A stretch of DNA of 64,000 bases, from NCBI GenBank assembly GCA_964484095.1, contig CAZAEB010000001.1, positions 1,655-65,654 on the forward strand, in the 5' to 3' direction. Shown one piece after another: positions 18,173-27,939 of this stretch. The notes below the pieces were generated by a model. The model saw only the letters and a list, made by a program, of their open reading frames with translations. It did no database searches and was not told the DNA's origin. Numbering within the stretch: the stretch's first letter is position 1; every line of letters starts with the position of its first letter. This DNA is from an uncultured Gammaproteobacteria bacterium. Its GTDB lineage: Bacteria; Patescibacteriota; Microgenomatia; UBA12405; BS750m-G30. A program made the position numbers and the translations under genes.

Positions 18173-19183
18173 TCACTTTTTTACAAACTCACCGACCTTT
18201 TTTTTATCACTTTTGGTAGAAAAAAACTCAGAGATTACTGCTTCTGCGGCGATATAAGTGGGAATTGCTAACACTGCACCTGCTACGCCGGCAATATTAT
18301 ATCCCACTGCTAGAGTTAAAAGAGTGATAACTGGATTAACCCCCACCGCTTGTTTCATAACTTTAGGAACTAAAAAATTGTTTTCAATCTGCTGAACAAT
18401 AATCGCCCAAGCAAGAGTCGCCAGGCCAGTAAGGGGAGAAATCATAAATCCAAAAAACACTGCCGGAACAGCCGCTAAAAAAGGACCGATGTTGGGAATA
18501 ATCTCCAATACTCCAGCTAAAAGTCCCAAAGCGAGAGCAAACTCCAGTCCCAAAATTAAAAATCCCAAATAGGAAAGAGCGCCAATAAAAACCATCAATA
18601 TAAACTGAGCCCTTACCCATCCACCTAGTCTTTTTTCTAGCTTTTCAACAAATTTAACCGCTTTTTTTCTTCCCTCTTCTCCAAACCAGCTAAAAATATA
18701 TTTGTCCAGGTTTTTATGTTCAATAAGAAGGTAAAGAGTTATTACTAAAACAGCAATAATACTTACCAGGTTAGAAATAATTGACAAAGAGAGCCTGACC
18801 AGATAACCAGGAAGCGTACCTATTTCAGAAAGAAGTCCCGCTACTAGCTGATCTGAAAAACCCATAAACGTCAAGTTTCCAAATAAATTAGGAACGACTT
18901 TTATTAGTTCGCCAGATTGCTGAATTAAAGGTGGAAAAATACCGATGATTACCACCACTAAAAAAGAAACTAAAAAAAGATAAAGGAGCAGTATCGCCAA
19001 CCAGCGAGGAATCTTTTTGCTCTCCATTTTGGCCACGGTCGGGTTTAAGGCTCCTACCAATATTAGGGCAATAAAAAAAAGAAAAATTATCTCTTTAATC
19101 TGAAAAACAAGCCAGCAGGAAAAAGAAAAAAGAGCAATAAAAAAAATAGTTCTGTGAGATATTTCAATAGTTATTTTTTTCAT
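18173..19183 (-). CDS. AI-2E (PerM) family transporter
   Basis: Multi-TM; IIPNIGP, QQIENNFLVPKVM…GVNP. Confidence 0.92.
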   Translation of the reverse strand: MKKITIEISHRTIFFIALFSFSCWLVFQIKEIIFLFFIALILVGALNPTVAKMESKKIPRWLAILLLYLFLVSFLVVVIIGIFPPLIQQSGELIKVVPNLFGNLTFMGFSDQLVAGLLSEIGTLPGYLVRLSLSIISNLVSIIAVLVITLYLLIEHKNLDKYIFSWFGEEGRKKAVKFVEKLEKRLGGWVRAQFILMVFIGALSYLGFLILGLEFALALGLLAGVLEIIPNIGPFLAAVPAVFFGFMISPLTGLATLAWAIIVQQIENNFLVPKVMKQAVGVNPVITLLTLAVGYNIAGVAGAVLAIPTYIAAEAVISEFFSTKSDKKKVGEFVKK

Positions 19184-20144
19184 CTGTTTTAGAATACCAT
19201 TCTTTTACTAATTTGTTAACTTTATTATAGTAATTTGTCAAACCAACATCAAACCAGGAAAATCGCTTGTCTTTAGAAAACCAGTTAAGTTGTCTTTTTG
19301 CATAAGCTACCTCATCCCTGTACCACCGGTCAACCACCTTGGATAAATTATTACTCTTAAAATAGGGCTTAAACTCCTTATATGCCAAAGTGTTAAAACC
19401 CGGATCATCCCAGCAATATTCATTTAAAAGACCATCAATTTCATCCACTAGACCCAAGGCCAGTCTTTTGTTAACTCTTTTTTTAATTTTCTTTTTTTGG
19501 CTTTTTTTGGCTGAAAACAAACCAATGGCCAAAACAGCCTTACTCCAGACTCCTCCAGTTCTTTCCTCAGGTTTTAGCTTCTTGCCAATCTCTATCGCCC
19601 TTATCAGTCTTCTTGAATTGTTTCTGTCAGAGTTGTTCATCTGCTCCCATCTTTCCGGCAACATCTTCTTAAGTTTGGTCTGCAGCTCTGAAAGAGCAAG
19701 TTTTTCCAGTCTTTTTCTAAGCTTCCAGTTGGGGCCAATTCTTTTTGACCCGACCCCATCAAGAAGAATCTTTAAGTAAAAAGCGCTTCCTCCCAATACC
19801 ATTGGCAACTTATCGTCTTTCCATATTTTTCCAATAACCAGCTTTGCCAGTCTAGCCCACTGATATGAACTAAAACCGACATTAGGGTTAACCACATCCA
19901 AAAGCCAAATTTTGACTCCAGAAATAAGATAGTAGCCAATTTGAAAACCAGTCTTTTTTTCTTTTTTCCAAAGCTGGAATTTACTGCTCCTACCAACATC
20001 CTTACCGGTGCCAATATTCATTCCTCTATAAATCTGTCTGCTATCAGCAGAGATTATTTCCCCCTGATACTTTTTTGCCAATTTAATTCCTAGACTTGTC
20101 TTTCCTGTTGCTGTTGGTCCGTAAATAACTAATATTTTTTTCAT
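19164..20144 (-). CDS. miaA: tRNA dimethylallyltransferase
   Basis: GPTATGKT, ISADSRQIYRGMNIGTGK, RRLIRAIE, YAKRQLNWF. Confidence 0.95.
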   Translation of the reverse strand: MKKILVIYGPTATGKTSLGIKLAKKYQGEIISADSRQIYRGMNIGTGKDVGRSSKFQLWKKEKKTGFQIGYYLISGVKIWLLDVVNPNVGFSSYQWARLAKLVIGKIWKDDKLPMVLGGSAFYLKILLDGVGSKRIGPNWKLRKRLEKLALSELQTKLKKMLPERWEQMNNSDRNNSRRLIRAIEIGKKLKPEERTGGVWSKAVLAIGLFSAKKSQKKKIKKRVNKRLALGLVDEIDGLLNEYCWDDPGFNTLAYKEFKPYFKSNNLSKVVDRWYRDEVAYAKRQLNWFSKDKRFSWFDVGLTNYYNKVNKLVKEWYSKTDEKNNY

Positions 20145-20147
20145 TTT

Positions 20148-20957
20148 CTATACAGATACGCCGTTATATCTCTTTATACCAACCCGCCATAGCCTGATCG
20201 TGATTAAAATTAGAAATATGCTTGCTCCGAAAGCCCCAAAAAATAATAATGGGTCAAACCCACTAGTTAATATTTTTACCGGAACTACGGCAATAAACAT
20301 AATCGGAACTAAAGTAAAAACCAAAAAATATATCACCTTGCTAAATTTAAAAAATTCCGAAGGATATTTGGCAAACGTTTCAATGTTCCAAAAAAATGAA
20401 ACCACCTGGTCATTTTCTACCATCCAAAAAGCGCTGCAGCCAAAAATTAGCCCCAAGAAATATCCCATTGCCAGTCCGTTAATAAATAAAACGGAAAACA
20501 ACAGATAATTAACTAAAGGAATCGAAATATTTGCCACATTCAAGCCGTAGATAAAAATTATCGCTCCGGTAATAACGTGGCTTATTGTATCAGGATACAA
20601 GCTTAAAGTTGCTGAAAATATTTTGTTTAAAGGCCTAAGTAAGGCAGCGTCAAAGCCCCCATAACGAATTTTCGAACTAATCGAATGTCCTCCGGATAAA
20701 AAAGTTATAAATATGCCCCAAAAAAGATTATAAACACCATATAAGACAACCATATCTTCCCATCTCCAACCAGCTATCTGATCTACCTGACCAAAAATTA
20801 CCCTGTAAGTAAGAAGTGTCACTGCCACCCAGGAAACAGTTCCAAAAGAGCTGAAAATAAAATCGGCTCTATAAACTAAAAACTGAATCAGTCTAAGTCT
20901 TGTAAAAACCATCCACACTCTTACGTGATGAACCAGGCTAATTGCCAACTGCTTCAT
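20148..20957 (-). CDS. ABC-2 type permease (ABC2_membrane_6-like)
   Basis: Six TM, YRADF, LLRPL, KYP, in operon with an ABC ATPase. Confidence 0.85.
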   Translation of the reverse strand: MKQLAISLVHHVRVWMVFTRLRLIQFLVYRADFIFSSFGTVSWVAVTLLTYRVIFGQVDQIAGWRWEDMVVLYGVYNLFWGIFITFLSGGHSISSKIRYGGFDAALLRPLNKIFSATLSLYPDTISHVITGAIIFIYGLNVANISIPLVNYLLFSVLFINGLAMGYFLGLIFGCSAFWMVENDQVVSFFWNIETFAKYPSEFFKFSKVIYFLVFTLVPIMFIAVVPVKILTSGFDPLLFFGAFGASIFLILITIRLWRVGIKRYNGVSV

Positions 20958-21741
20958 ATCTTTTAACTCCTTTCCGCCAGAGAACAGAAATTAATATATA
21001 GAAAAAAATCAGCCACAAATACTGCAGTACAAAGCTTGTAATAATTTCCGGCCTCTCTATTCTTCCTAGAAATAATCTAACAGGAAAACTCACGGAAAGG
21101 CCAAAAGGAGAAAATCCGGCCACTTTAGCAATCCCTACCGGCAGTAAAGATAAAGGAACCCAGCCACCAGCCAAAAACGTCTCTGCTTGAGAAATTACCT
21201 CCAACATAGATCTTATCGATGTGAACCAAAAAGCCAGCACTCCAAGAAAAAATCTAAAAAGAAAGGCCAAAAATATCGAATTGAAAAGCGCTAGAGCAAA
21301 TAAACCGATGTTTTTGCTTCCTATAGATATCCCAAAAATCAAAAAAACAATAATCCAAACTAAAAAAATCCATAAAAATTGAGAGGCTTTTTTGCCAAAA
21401 TCTCTTGAAAAAATCGCCCAATGGACGGATATTGGTCTAAAAAAATATATGGTTAGACTACCGTCAATTATGCTGCTGCTCAACCAACCAGCTACACTGC
21501 TTCCCGTAAACAGATAAACAAGATAAACCATTAAAAAATACATAATTATCCCCGCTAAATCATACTCTCCCACTTGAGACTTTTGCTGAAATACTTGTAG
21601 CCAAATTAATATCTCGGCAAAAAACCAAAGGCTTTGACGAAAAAAGTAAATGAGGGCATTAAACCGATAGAAAAGGGATTCTTCAAAAGCAAGTTTAAAA
21701 ATCTGAAAATATTTTCTTGCTCCAACCAGTCTGTCAAGCAT
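20938..21741 (-). CDS. ABC-2 type permease
   Basis: Six TM, YRFN, FFRPIS, LAGGWVPLSLLP. Confidence 0.85.
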   Translation of the reverse strand: MLDRLVGARKYFQIFKLAFEESLFYRFNALIYFFRQSLWFFAEILIWLQVFQQKSQVGEYDLAGIIMYFLMVYLVYLFTGSSVAGWLSSSIIDGSLTIYFFRPISVHWAIFSRDFGKKASQFLWIFLVWIIVFLIFGISIGSKNIGLFALALFNSIFLAFLFRFFLGVLAFWFTSIRSMLEVISQAETFLAGGWVPLSLLPVGIAKVAGFSPFGLSVSFPVRLFLGRIERPEIITSFVLQYLWLIFFYILISVLWRKGVKRYEAVGN

Positions 21742-22723
21742 AATCTTTGCCGGTAAACAGCTCTCTGATAATATCTTCTATTGGCGGTTCTTCAATAGTT
21801 AAATCATCTACCGGAAATCTCTGTAAAATTTCTGCAGCCGCCAAAGAAGCAGCGCTCCTTTTTACCATTATACTCGCCTTTAAAGGATCAAACTCTTTAA
21901 CTTTGCCTATTCCTTTAAGATCCTCCTTTAAAACAGGTTTGCCAAAAACAGCCGTGATTGTTTTATGATTAGCAAACTTTTTAATAATCTCTTCTAAAAA
22001 ACCATCAAAAATAACCTTTCCCTTGTTAATAATTACCACCCTTTTGGCAAGCTCCTTTACATCATCCATATAGTGCGAGGTAAGAATTATTGTTGCTTGA
22101 TGACGCTTATTATATTCACTGAGAAAATCGCGAATCTTTTTCTGCATTACCACATCCAAACCAATTGTCGGCTCATCTAAAAATAATACCTTGGGTTGAT
22201 GCAATAAAGCGGCAATAAGCTCGCATTTCATTCTCTGACCCAAAGAAAGCTTTCTCACCTGAACTTTCAAGATATCTTTCACCTCCAAAAGACTTACTAG
22301 TTCGCCAAGAGTTTTTTTGTATTTTTCGGGAGAAATTTCATAAATTTCTTTGTTTAGATTAAAAGTTTCTACTGCCGGCAGATCCCACCAAAGCTGGTTT
22401 TTTTGCCCCATCACAAAGGCAATCTGCTTTAAATAATCTTTTTTTCTCTCCCAGGGAGTAAATCCTAAAACCGAAGTAACTCCTCCATCTGGATATAAAA
22501 GACCAGAAAGACATTTTAGAGTAGTGGTTTTCCCAGCTCCATTAGGACCGATAAAACCAACCAACTCTCCTTCGTCAATTTTAAAATTAATCTCGTCCAC
22601 CGCCTTAACGTCCTCATACTTGCGAGAAAACAAAGATTTTAAAGACCCTTTTAAACCCGGTTCTTTCTTGTGAACTTTATAATACTTTTTAAGACCAGAG
22701 ACTGAAACAACACTATCACTCAT
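21734..22723 (-). CDS. ABC transporter ATP-binding protein
   Basis: GPNGAGKTT, LSLGQRMK, FLDEPTIGLD, TSH. Confidence 0.95.
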   Translation of the reverse strand: MSDSVVSVSGLKKYYKVHKKEPGLKGSLKSLFSRKYEDVKAVDEINFKIDEGELVGFIGPNGAGKTTTLKCLSGLLYPDGGVTSVLGFTPWERKKDYLKQIAFVMGQKNQLWWDLPAVETFNLNKEIYEISPEKYKKTLGELVSLLEVKDILKVQVRKLSLGQRMKCELIAALLHQPKVLFLDEPTIGLDVVMQKKIRDFLSEYNKRHQATIILTSHYMDDVKELAKRVVIINKGKVIFDGFLEEIIKKFANHKTITAVFGKPVLKEDLKGIGKVKEFDPLKASIMVKRSAASLAAAEILQRFPVDDLTIEEPPIEDIIRELFTGKDYA

Positions 22724-22736
22724 TAAGGTAGTATAC

Positions 22737-23009
22737 CTACCTTACCGCTCTTTTTAAAGCTGTTCCAGGAGTGAATCGGGGCATTCTTCTAGAACCGATT
22801 TTCTTTTTCTTGGTCTTACCAATTGGTAAGACTTCTTTTGGTTTAAAAACTTTGGTCCAGTAAACTCCAAATCCGGCAAGCTTTACTTTCTCACCTCTAG
22901 ACAAGGCTTTTGAAATCTCGTTTAAAAAAGTATTTACCGTCTCCTTAGAGGTTTTTTTAGTTAACTTCATTTTCGAAGAAACAACCTCAATTAGTTCACT
23001 TTTTTTCAT
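22737..23009 (-). CDS. hup: HU-family histone-like DNA-binding protein
   Basis: MKKSELIE…ALSRGEKVKLAGFG…PRFTPGTALK. Confidence 0.92.
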   Translation of the reverse strand: MKKSELIEVVSSKMKLTKKTSKETVNTFLNEISKALSRGEKVKLAGFGVYWTKVFKPKEVLPIGKTKKKKIGSRRMPRFTPGTALKRAVR

Positions 23010-23098
23010 CTTACTTACCTCACTTTAAATCTCTTAATATTATAAACTCATATAACAAATGCTTCTACTTTTAATTTTAACCTCTGTTCCCGTTTTTG

Positions 23099-24586
23099 TC
23101 AATTAGATTTTCTAAGAGGAGCTGTGGCATTGGCTCTTGTTTCTCGTATAGCAGTAATTTTTACCTGCCCTGCCCACTTTGACTCCTCATCAAGTTTTTC
23201 AGCAATTTTTTGAACCATAATCTCCATTTCTTCATCAGATACTTTTTCAGGCTTAACAATTATTCGAATTTCCCGACCAGCCTGGTAAGCAGCAACATCC
23301 TCTATTCCCTTAAAAGAACGAACCACCTCTTCTATAGAAGTCATTCTCTTTAGGTAATCTTCATGGGCCTGATATCTGGCTCCTGGCCTGGAGCCGGAAG
23401 CGGCATCACCAATGTAAACAATCACCGACTCAAGAGAAGAAAATGGTTTATCTTCGTGGTGTTCGCCAACTGCATCAATTACCGCTTGAGGAAACTTGAA
23501 TCTGCGAAGATAGTCAACTCCTATTTGAACATGGCTTCCTTCTTCGTCGGTAATTACCTTGCCAACATCATGAAGTAAACCAGCAAGCCTAACTACTTTT
23601 ACATCAGCTTTATGCTCTGAGGCTAAAGCAATGGCAATTTTGGTAACCTCAATCGTGTGAACAGCCAAATTCTGGCCGTAGGATGATCGGTACTTAAATT
23701 TGCCAATCGTTTTCACAACTTCTATAGGAAGATGATATACTCCCACCGTTTGACATATCTTTTTTCCTTCCTCAAGCAGTATCCTATCCATCTGCAACTT
23801 AGTTTGCTTAACAACCTCTTCAATTCTTACTGGCTGAATTCTTCCATCCCTAATCAGCTTTTGAAGAGCAATTTTTGCAATCTCTCTTCTAACCGAATCA
23901 AAAGAAGAAATTCTAATTTCATTACCGTCACCAAGCTCCAGCTCTACTCCGGTAGCCTTTTCAAAAGCGCGAATATTTCTCCCTTCCCTGCCAATAACCT
24001 TTCCTTTAACATCCTCATTGGGAAGATCAACTGTCGAAATTGTGTACTCTGCTACATAGTCAGTAACTCCATGTCTTATCGCCTCGACAATCGATTCTCT
24101 AGTCGCCTCTTCCTCAACAGCTTTAATAGCTTCTTTGATATCACTGGTTTTCTTAGCAAGCCAAGAGGTTAGTCTTTTTTCAGTTTCCTCGACAATCCTC
24201 TTTTGGGCATCCTCTTTTGACAATGCGGCTATCTTTTCAAGAGTTAACAACTGCTTTTGACGCAAAGCCTCAGCTTCTTCCTGTTTTATTAAAATTGCTC
24301 TTTGTTTATCCTCCAATGATTGCTCTTTTTTACGAAGATAAACCTCCTTTTCATCCAGCGAATTACTTTTTCTATCAAGCTCTTTTTCTCGGTTGTTTGA
24401 TTCCTCTAATAGTTTGACTAACTCCAACTCCTTTTTCCTGGTAAGATCCTCTGCTGGATCTTTTTTTTCAACTGATAAGAATTTTTTTACAGCTGGTTTT
24501 TTTGATTTAACCTGAGCAGGCTCAGAACGCTTTTGAGTTTTTACTCCTCCAATAACCGCCCTAACTCGGGAAATTATATTAAACAT
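23099..24586 (-). CDS. rny: Ribonuclease Y
   Basis: Coiled coil, KH domain (KGKVIGREGRNIR), HD domain (LLHDVGK), SRPGAR, QAGREIRI. Confidence 0.95.
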   Translation of the reverse strand: MFNIISRVRAVIGGVKTQKRSEPAQVKSKKPAVKKFLSVEKKDPAEDLTRKKELELVKLLEESNNREKELDRKSNSLDEKEVYLRKKEQSLEDKQRAILIKQEEAEALRQKQLLTLEKIAALSKEDAQKRIVEETEKRLTSWLAKKTSDIKEAIKAVEEEATRESIVEAIRHGVTDYVAEYTISTVDLPNEDVKGKVIGREGRNIRAFEKATGVELELGDGNEIRISSFDSVRREIAKIALQKLIRDGRIQPVRIEEVVKQTKLQMDRILLEEGKKICQTVGVYHLPIEVVKTIGKFKYRSSYGQNLAVHTIEVTKIAIALASEHKADVKVVRLAGLLHDVGKVITDEEGSHVQIGVDYLRRFKFPQAVIDAVGEHHEDKPFSSLESVIVYIGDAASGSRPGARYQAHEDYLKRMTSIEEVVRSFKGIEDVAAYQAGREIRIIVKPEKVSDEEMEIMVQKIAEKLDEESKWAGQVKITAIRETRANATAPLRKSN

Positions 24587-24737
24587 CTATCCCTCCTTTA
24601 AATACAGCAGAAAAGCCGCTAGGCAATCTTAGAAGAAATACAGAAAAAAACTAATAGACCGTTGATAAAAACATTTTTTCTAATAATCTTGACAACTGCT
24701 GTAAAAAATAATATATATACTTGCCATCGATTTCATT

Positions 24738-25418
24738 TTACCTTTTGTCAAGCCTTTCGTCAATCAAATCAACTACCTCGTTATAGTAAAAACCTTTACG
24801 CATAAGAAAGGAAAGCAGTTTTTTTTTCTTCTCAATATTTGCCATTTTTTCTGGAAAACCTCTAAGTTTTTTTTCAATAAGCCCAATAGCCGCCTCTGCC
24901 TCATTATAATCGACTTCAGCTAACTTTCTTTCAATTAACTCTCTTTCTACTCCTTTTTGATAAAGCTCGACAAATATCTCTCTTTTGGACCGAGGGCGAA
25001 ATTCTCTCCTTTGCTCCACCCACCAAACCACAAAAGCTTCATCATCAACCAAGCCTCTCTTTTCAAGTCTAGCTACTGCCTTGTCAGCAACATCCTTTAA
25101 AACCAGGTGAAAATCAAACTTTACCTTTTGCTGTGTATTATCGACTGCTCTGGAAAGATAGTCTATCAATTTATCAAGAATTTCTTTTTCAGATCGTGGT
25201 CTTAATCCTAAAAGTCGAAGCGCTTTTTCAATCGCTTTTTCTAAAAAATCATCCTCTATTATTCTTTTTAATTTACTTTGAGAAATCTCTTTTCCTAAAA
25301 AAAGATTATTTTCTAAAACCGATTTAACTGACAATCCTAAGACAAAATCAGAAAAATAAACATTGGCTCTAGAAAAATTCCTTTTTTGAGAAGCAATTTT
25401 TAGAATTTTATACCCCAT
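24738..25418 (-). CDS. recX: Regulatory protein RecX
   Basis: ALRLLGLRPRSEKEI, LVDDEAF, ELYQKGV, LMRKGF; directly downstream of recA. Confidence 0.9.
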   Translation of the reverse strand: MGYKILKIASQKRNFSRANVYFSDFVLGLSVKSVLENNLFLGKEISQSKLKRIIEDDFLEKAIEKALRLLGLRPRSEKEILDKLIDYLSRAVDNTQQKVKFDFHLVLKDVADKAVARLEKRGLVDDEAFVVWWVEQRREFRPRSKREIFVELYQKGVERELIERKLAEVDYNEAEAAIGLIEKKLRGFPEKMANIEKKKKLLSFLMRKGFYYNEVVDLIDERLDKR

Positions 25419-25421
25419 AAA

Positions 25422-26432
25422 CTACTTCTTTTTGATAGCAGAAAGAATCTCTTTAGATATTTTTTTCGACAGGGATGGATTCTTGTCCAACTCTTCTTTT
25501 AGGGCCTCTCTTCCTTGGGCTATCGTTTTTCCTTGATATTTAAAAAAGGCTCCTGCTTTTGAAACAATTTCATGCTTTAGAGCCATATCGACAATCCCTC
25601 CTGACCTTGAGATTCCTCCAATATTCATTATTTCAAACTCTGTTTCTTGAAAAGGCGGAGCAACTTTGTTTTTGATAACTCGAGCTCGATGAGTTGAGCC
25701 AAATACAATTCCTTCTGCATTTTTTATGTTTCCAGTTTTTCGAACATCAATTCTTACTGAGGAATAGAACTTAAGAGCCATTCCTCCACTGGTTGTTTCC
25801 GGATTACCAAAAAATACACCAATTTTATGACGAATCTGATTAGTAAAAATAACCACTGTCTTTGACTTGGAAATTGCTCCAGTCAATTTACGAAGTGCCT
25901 GAGACATCAATCTTGCTTGAACTCCAACCATCGCGTCTCCCATCTCTCCCTCGATTTCTGCCCGCGGAACTAAAGCGGCAACCGAATCAATAACAATTAC
26001 ATCCAGTCCTCCTGATCGCACTAAAGTTTCAACAATTTCCAAAGCCTGCTCACCGGTATCCGGCTGAGAAATAAGAAGATCATCCAGTTTTACTCCAATC
26101 TGTTTTGCCCGACTAGGATCAAGGGCATGTTCTGCATCAATAAAAGCAACTGTGCCACCTAGTTTTTGTGCTTCGGCAATAACATGCAAACAAAGAGTGG
26201 TTTTCCCTGATGCTTCTGGACCAAATACCTCTGTTACTCGACTTCGCGGCAGTCCCCCCACCCCCAGAGCAATATCTAAAGGCAAACAGCCGGTAGGGAT
26301 AACAGGAATCTTTTCATCAGCCCCTCCACCCATCTTCATAATTGCGCCCTTGCCGTATTGTTTTTCAATCTGATCCATTGCCATCTTTATCGCCTGAAGT
26401 TTTCCCGATCCATCTTCACTTTTCTTGGCCAT
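25422..26432 (-). CDS. recA: Recombinase RecA
   Basis: [52 protein letters not shown]. Confidence 0.99.
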   Translation of the reverse strand: MAKKSEDGSGKLQAIKMAMDQIEKQYGKGAIMKMGGGADEKIPVIPTGCLPLDIALGVGGLPRSRVTEVFGPEASGKTTLCLHVIAEAQKLGGTVAFIDAEHALDPSRAKQIGVKLDDLLISQPDTGEQALEIVETLVRSGGLDVIVIDSVAALVPRAEIEGEMGDAMVGVQARLMSQALRKLTGAISKSKTVVIFTNQIRHKIGVFFGNPETTSGGMALKFYSSVRIDVRKTGNIKNAEGIVFGSTHRARVIKNKVAPPFQETEFEIMNIGGISRSGGIVDMALKHEIVSKAGAFFKYQGKTIAQGREALKEELDKNPSLSKKISKEILSAIKKK

Positions 26433-26500
26433 TTATCCTCCTAATAGAATAAAAACTAACTGGCTAATTTAATCATGAAACGTGATAAAATACAACTGCT

Positions 26501-26577
26501 CGGGGTGTGGCGCAAATGGCTAGCGCACACGGCTGGGGGCCGTGGGGCTGCGGGTTCAAATCCCGCCACCCCGACCA
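26501..26577 (+). tRNA. tRNA-Pro(GGG), CCA encoded
   Basis: Acceptor CGGGGTG/CACCCCG, D arm GCGC/GCGC, anticodon stem CACGG/CCGTG with loop CTGGGGG, T arm GCGGG-TTCAAAT-CCCGC, ACCA end; TGaTAAAAT upstream. Confidence 0.96.
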
Positions 26578-26624
26578 ATAAAAATGCTCAATATTTGAAC
26601 AAACTTTTGGAAAAATTGCCAAGA

Positions 26625-27050
26625 CTATCTCTTTGGAGACTGTTTTTTCTTTCTGGCTCTGCCCATCTGGCCAGCTTTTCTTCTTTCCCTTACTCTGGCA
26701 TCAACGGTCAAAAGTCCTGCCTTTTTTAAGATCGGTCGGTAAACCGAACTATTATATTTATCTAATGCTCTGGAAGTTGCCAAAACAACCGCTTCAAGCT
26801 GACTGACTTTTCCTCCACCAACAATTCTGATTACACCATGAAATTTTCCGTCTGATTCTGATATTACAAGGGGTTTTTTATAAAAATACTCACAAACCTT
26901 GCCAGGAAAATATTTATCTATCGTCTTTCCATTTACACTCCATTCGCCTTTTCCTTCAAATAACCTAATCGTAGCTACCGCCGCTTTTCTTCTACCTACA
27001 GCATAAAAATACTTTTTCTTCCTGCCTTGTTTTTTGGTTTGCTTTGCCAT
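26625..27050 (-). CDS. rpsI: 30S ribosomal protein uS9
   Basis: AVGRRKAAVA, GGGKVSQ, ERRKAG…ARKKKQSPKR. Confidence 0.97.
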   Translation of the reverse strand: MAKQTKKQGRKKKYFYAVGRRKAAVATIRLFEGKGEWSVNGKTIDKYFPGKVCEYFYKKPLVISESDGKFHGVIRIVGGGKVSQLEAVVLATSRALDKYNSSVYRPILKKAGLLTVDARVRERRKAGQMGRARKKKQSPKR

Positions 27051-27055
27051 TTTTT

Positions 27056-27481
27056 TTACTTAACCTCAATTAACTTTTTACCGCCATAATTATGTTTATC
27101 GCCAACAAAAATTCTTAATCTTTTCAATCTCTTTGCCCGCAGTTTGTTTTTAGGAAGCATTCCTGAAACCGCCTTGTATATTGCCCTGGTTGGATCCTTT
27201 TCCATCATTTTCTTATAAGTAATCTCTTTTAGGCCACCCGGCCAGCCAGTATGGTGCTGATAAAGCTTATCGCTCTCCTTTTTACCTGTCACTTCAACTC
27301 TTTCACAATTAGTCACCACTACCCAGTCCCCACAATCAAGATTGTATACAAAATTAGTTTTCTCTTTTCCCATAAGAATTATGGCAATTTTAGTAGCCAA
27401 TCTACCCAAGATTTTTCCTTTAGCATCTGCCAAATACCAGTCTTTTTTAATGTCTTTTTGCCTAATAGAGTCTGTCTTCAT
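27056..27481 (-). CDS. rplM: 50S ribosomal protein uL13
   Basis: DAKGKILGRLA, DCGDWVVVTN, HTGWPGGLK, GMLPKNKL. Confidence 0.97.
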   Translation of the reverse strand: MKTDSIRQKDIKKDWYLADAKGKILGRLATKIAIILMGKEKTNFVYNLDCGDWVVVTNCERVEVTGKKESDKLYQHHTGWPGGLKEITYKKMMEKDPTRAIYKAVSGMLPKNKLRAKRLKRLRIFVGDKHNYGGKKLIEVK

Positions 27482-27936
27482 TTTTTAGCCTCCTTTTTAG
27501 TCTTTTTCTCTTTTGTTTCTTTTCCTGCTTTCTTTATTTTCTTTTTTTTCTCAGCTTCAGGCTTTTTAAAATCAATGTCAACTTTTTCCACAAACTCAAC
27601 TCTAACCAAAACAGCATCATCACCCTTCCTTCTTTTCACCTTAACTGTTCTGGTAAACCCGCCATTTCTGTCCTTAAAAACAGGAGCAATTTTGTCAACA
27701 ATCAAGTTGACCAGATTCTGATCCTGAAAATATCGATATACAAATCTTTTGGCAGAAATATCACCTTTTTTAGCCCTGCTAATCATTCTTTCTATCAGTC
27801 TGACTAAAACTCTTGCTCTAGCCTTGGTAGTCTCTACCTTGCCGGATAAAAACATCGACCGGACAAGATTTTTCGTCAAGGCCCGGCGATGATCGAATTT
27901 TAGGCCTAGTTTCTTTCTTTTAACTCGATGGCGCAT
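27478..27936 (-). CDS. rplQ: 50S ribosomal protein bL17
   Basis: MRHRVKRKKLG, ETTKARA, GGFTR, RKGDDA. Confidence 0.96.
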   Translation of the reverse strand: MRHRVKRKKLGLKFDHRRALTKNLVRSMFLSGKVETTKARARVLVRLIERMISRAKKGDISAKRFVYRYFQDQNLVNLIVDKIAPVFKDRNGGFTRTVKVKRRKGDDAVLVRVEFVEKVDIDFKKPEAEKKKKIKKAGKETKEKKTKKEAKK

Positions 27937-27939
27937 TGA

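Noticed and set aside
17798-18271. ORFs 17798..18094 (-) and 18011..18271 (+)
   Set aside because: Shadow frames over RNase P RNA and its terminator; no protein-like features
24689-24717. Plus-strand TTGACA-17-TATATA antisense promoter into recX
   Set aside because: The -10 lacks the conserved final T at proper spacing and the region is AT-rich; a chance match is plausible
26475-26729. 84-aa plus-strand ORF
   Set aside because: Overlaps tRNA-Pro and antisense rpsI
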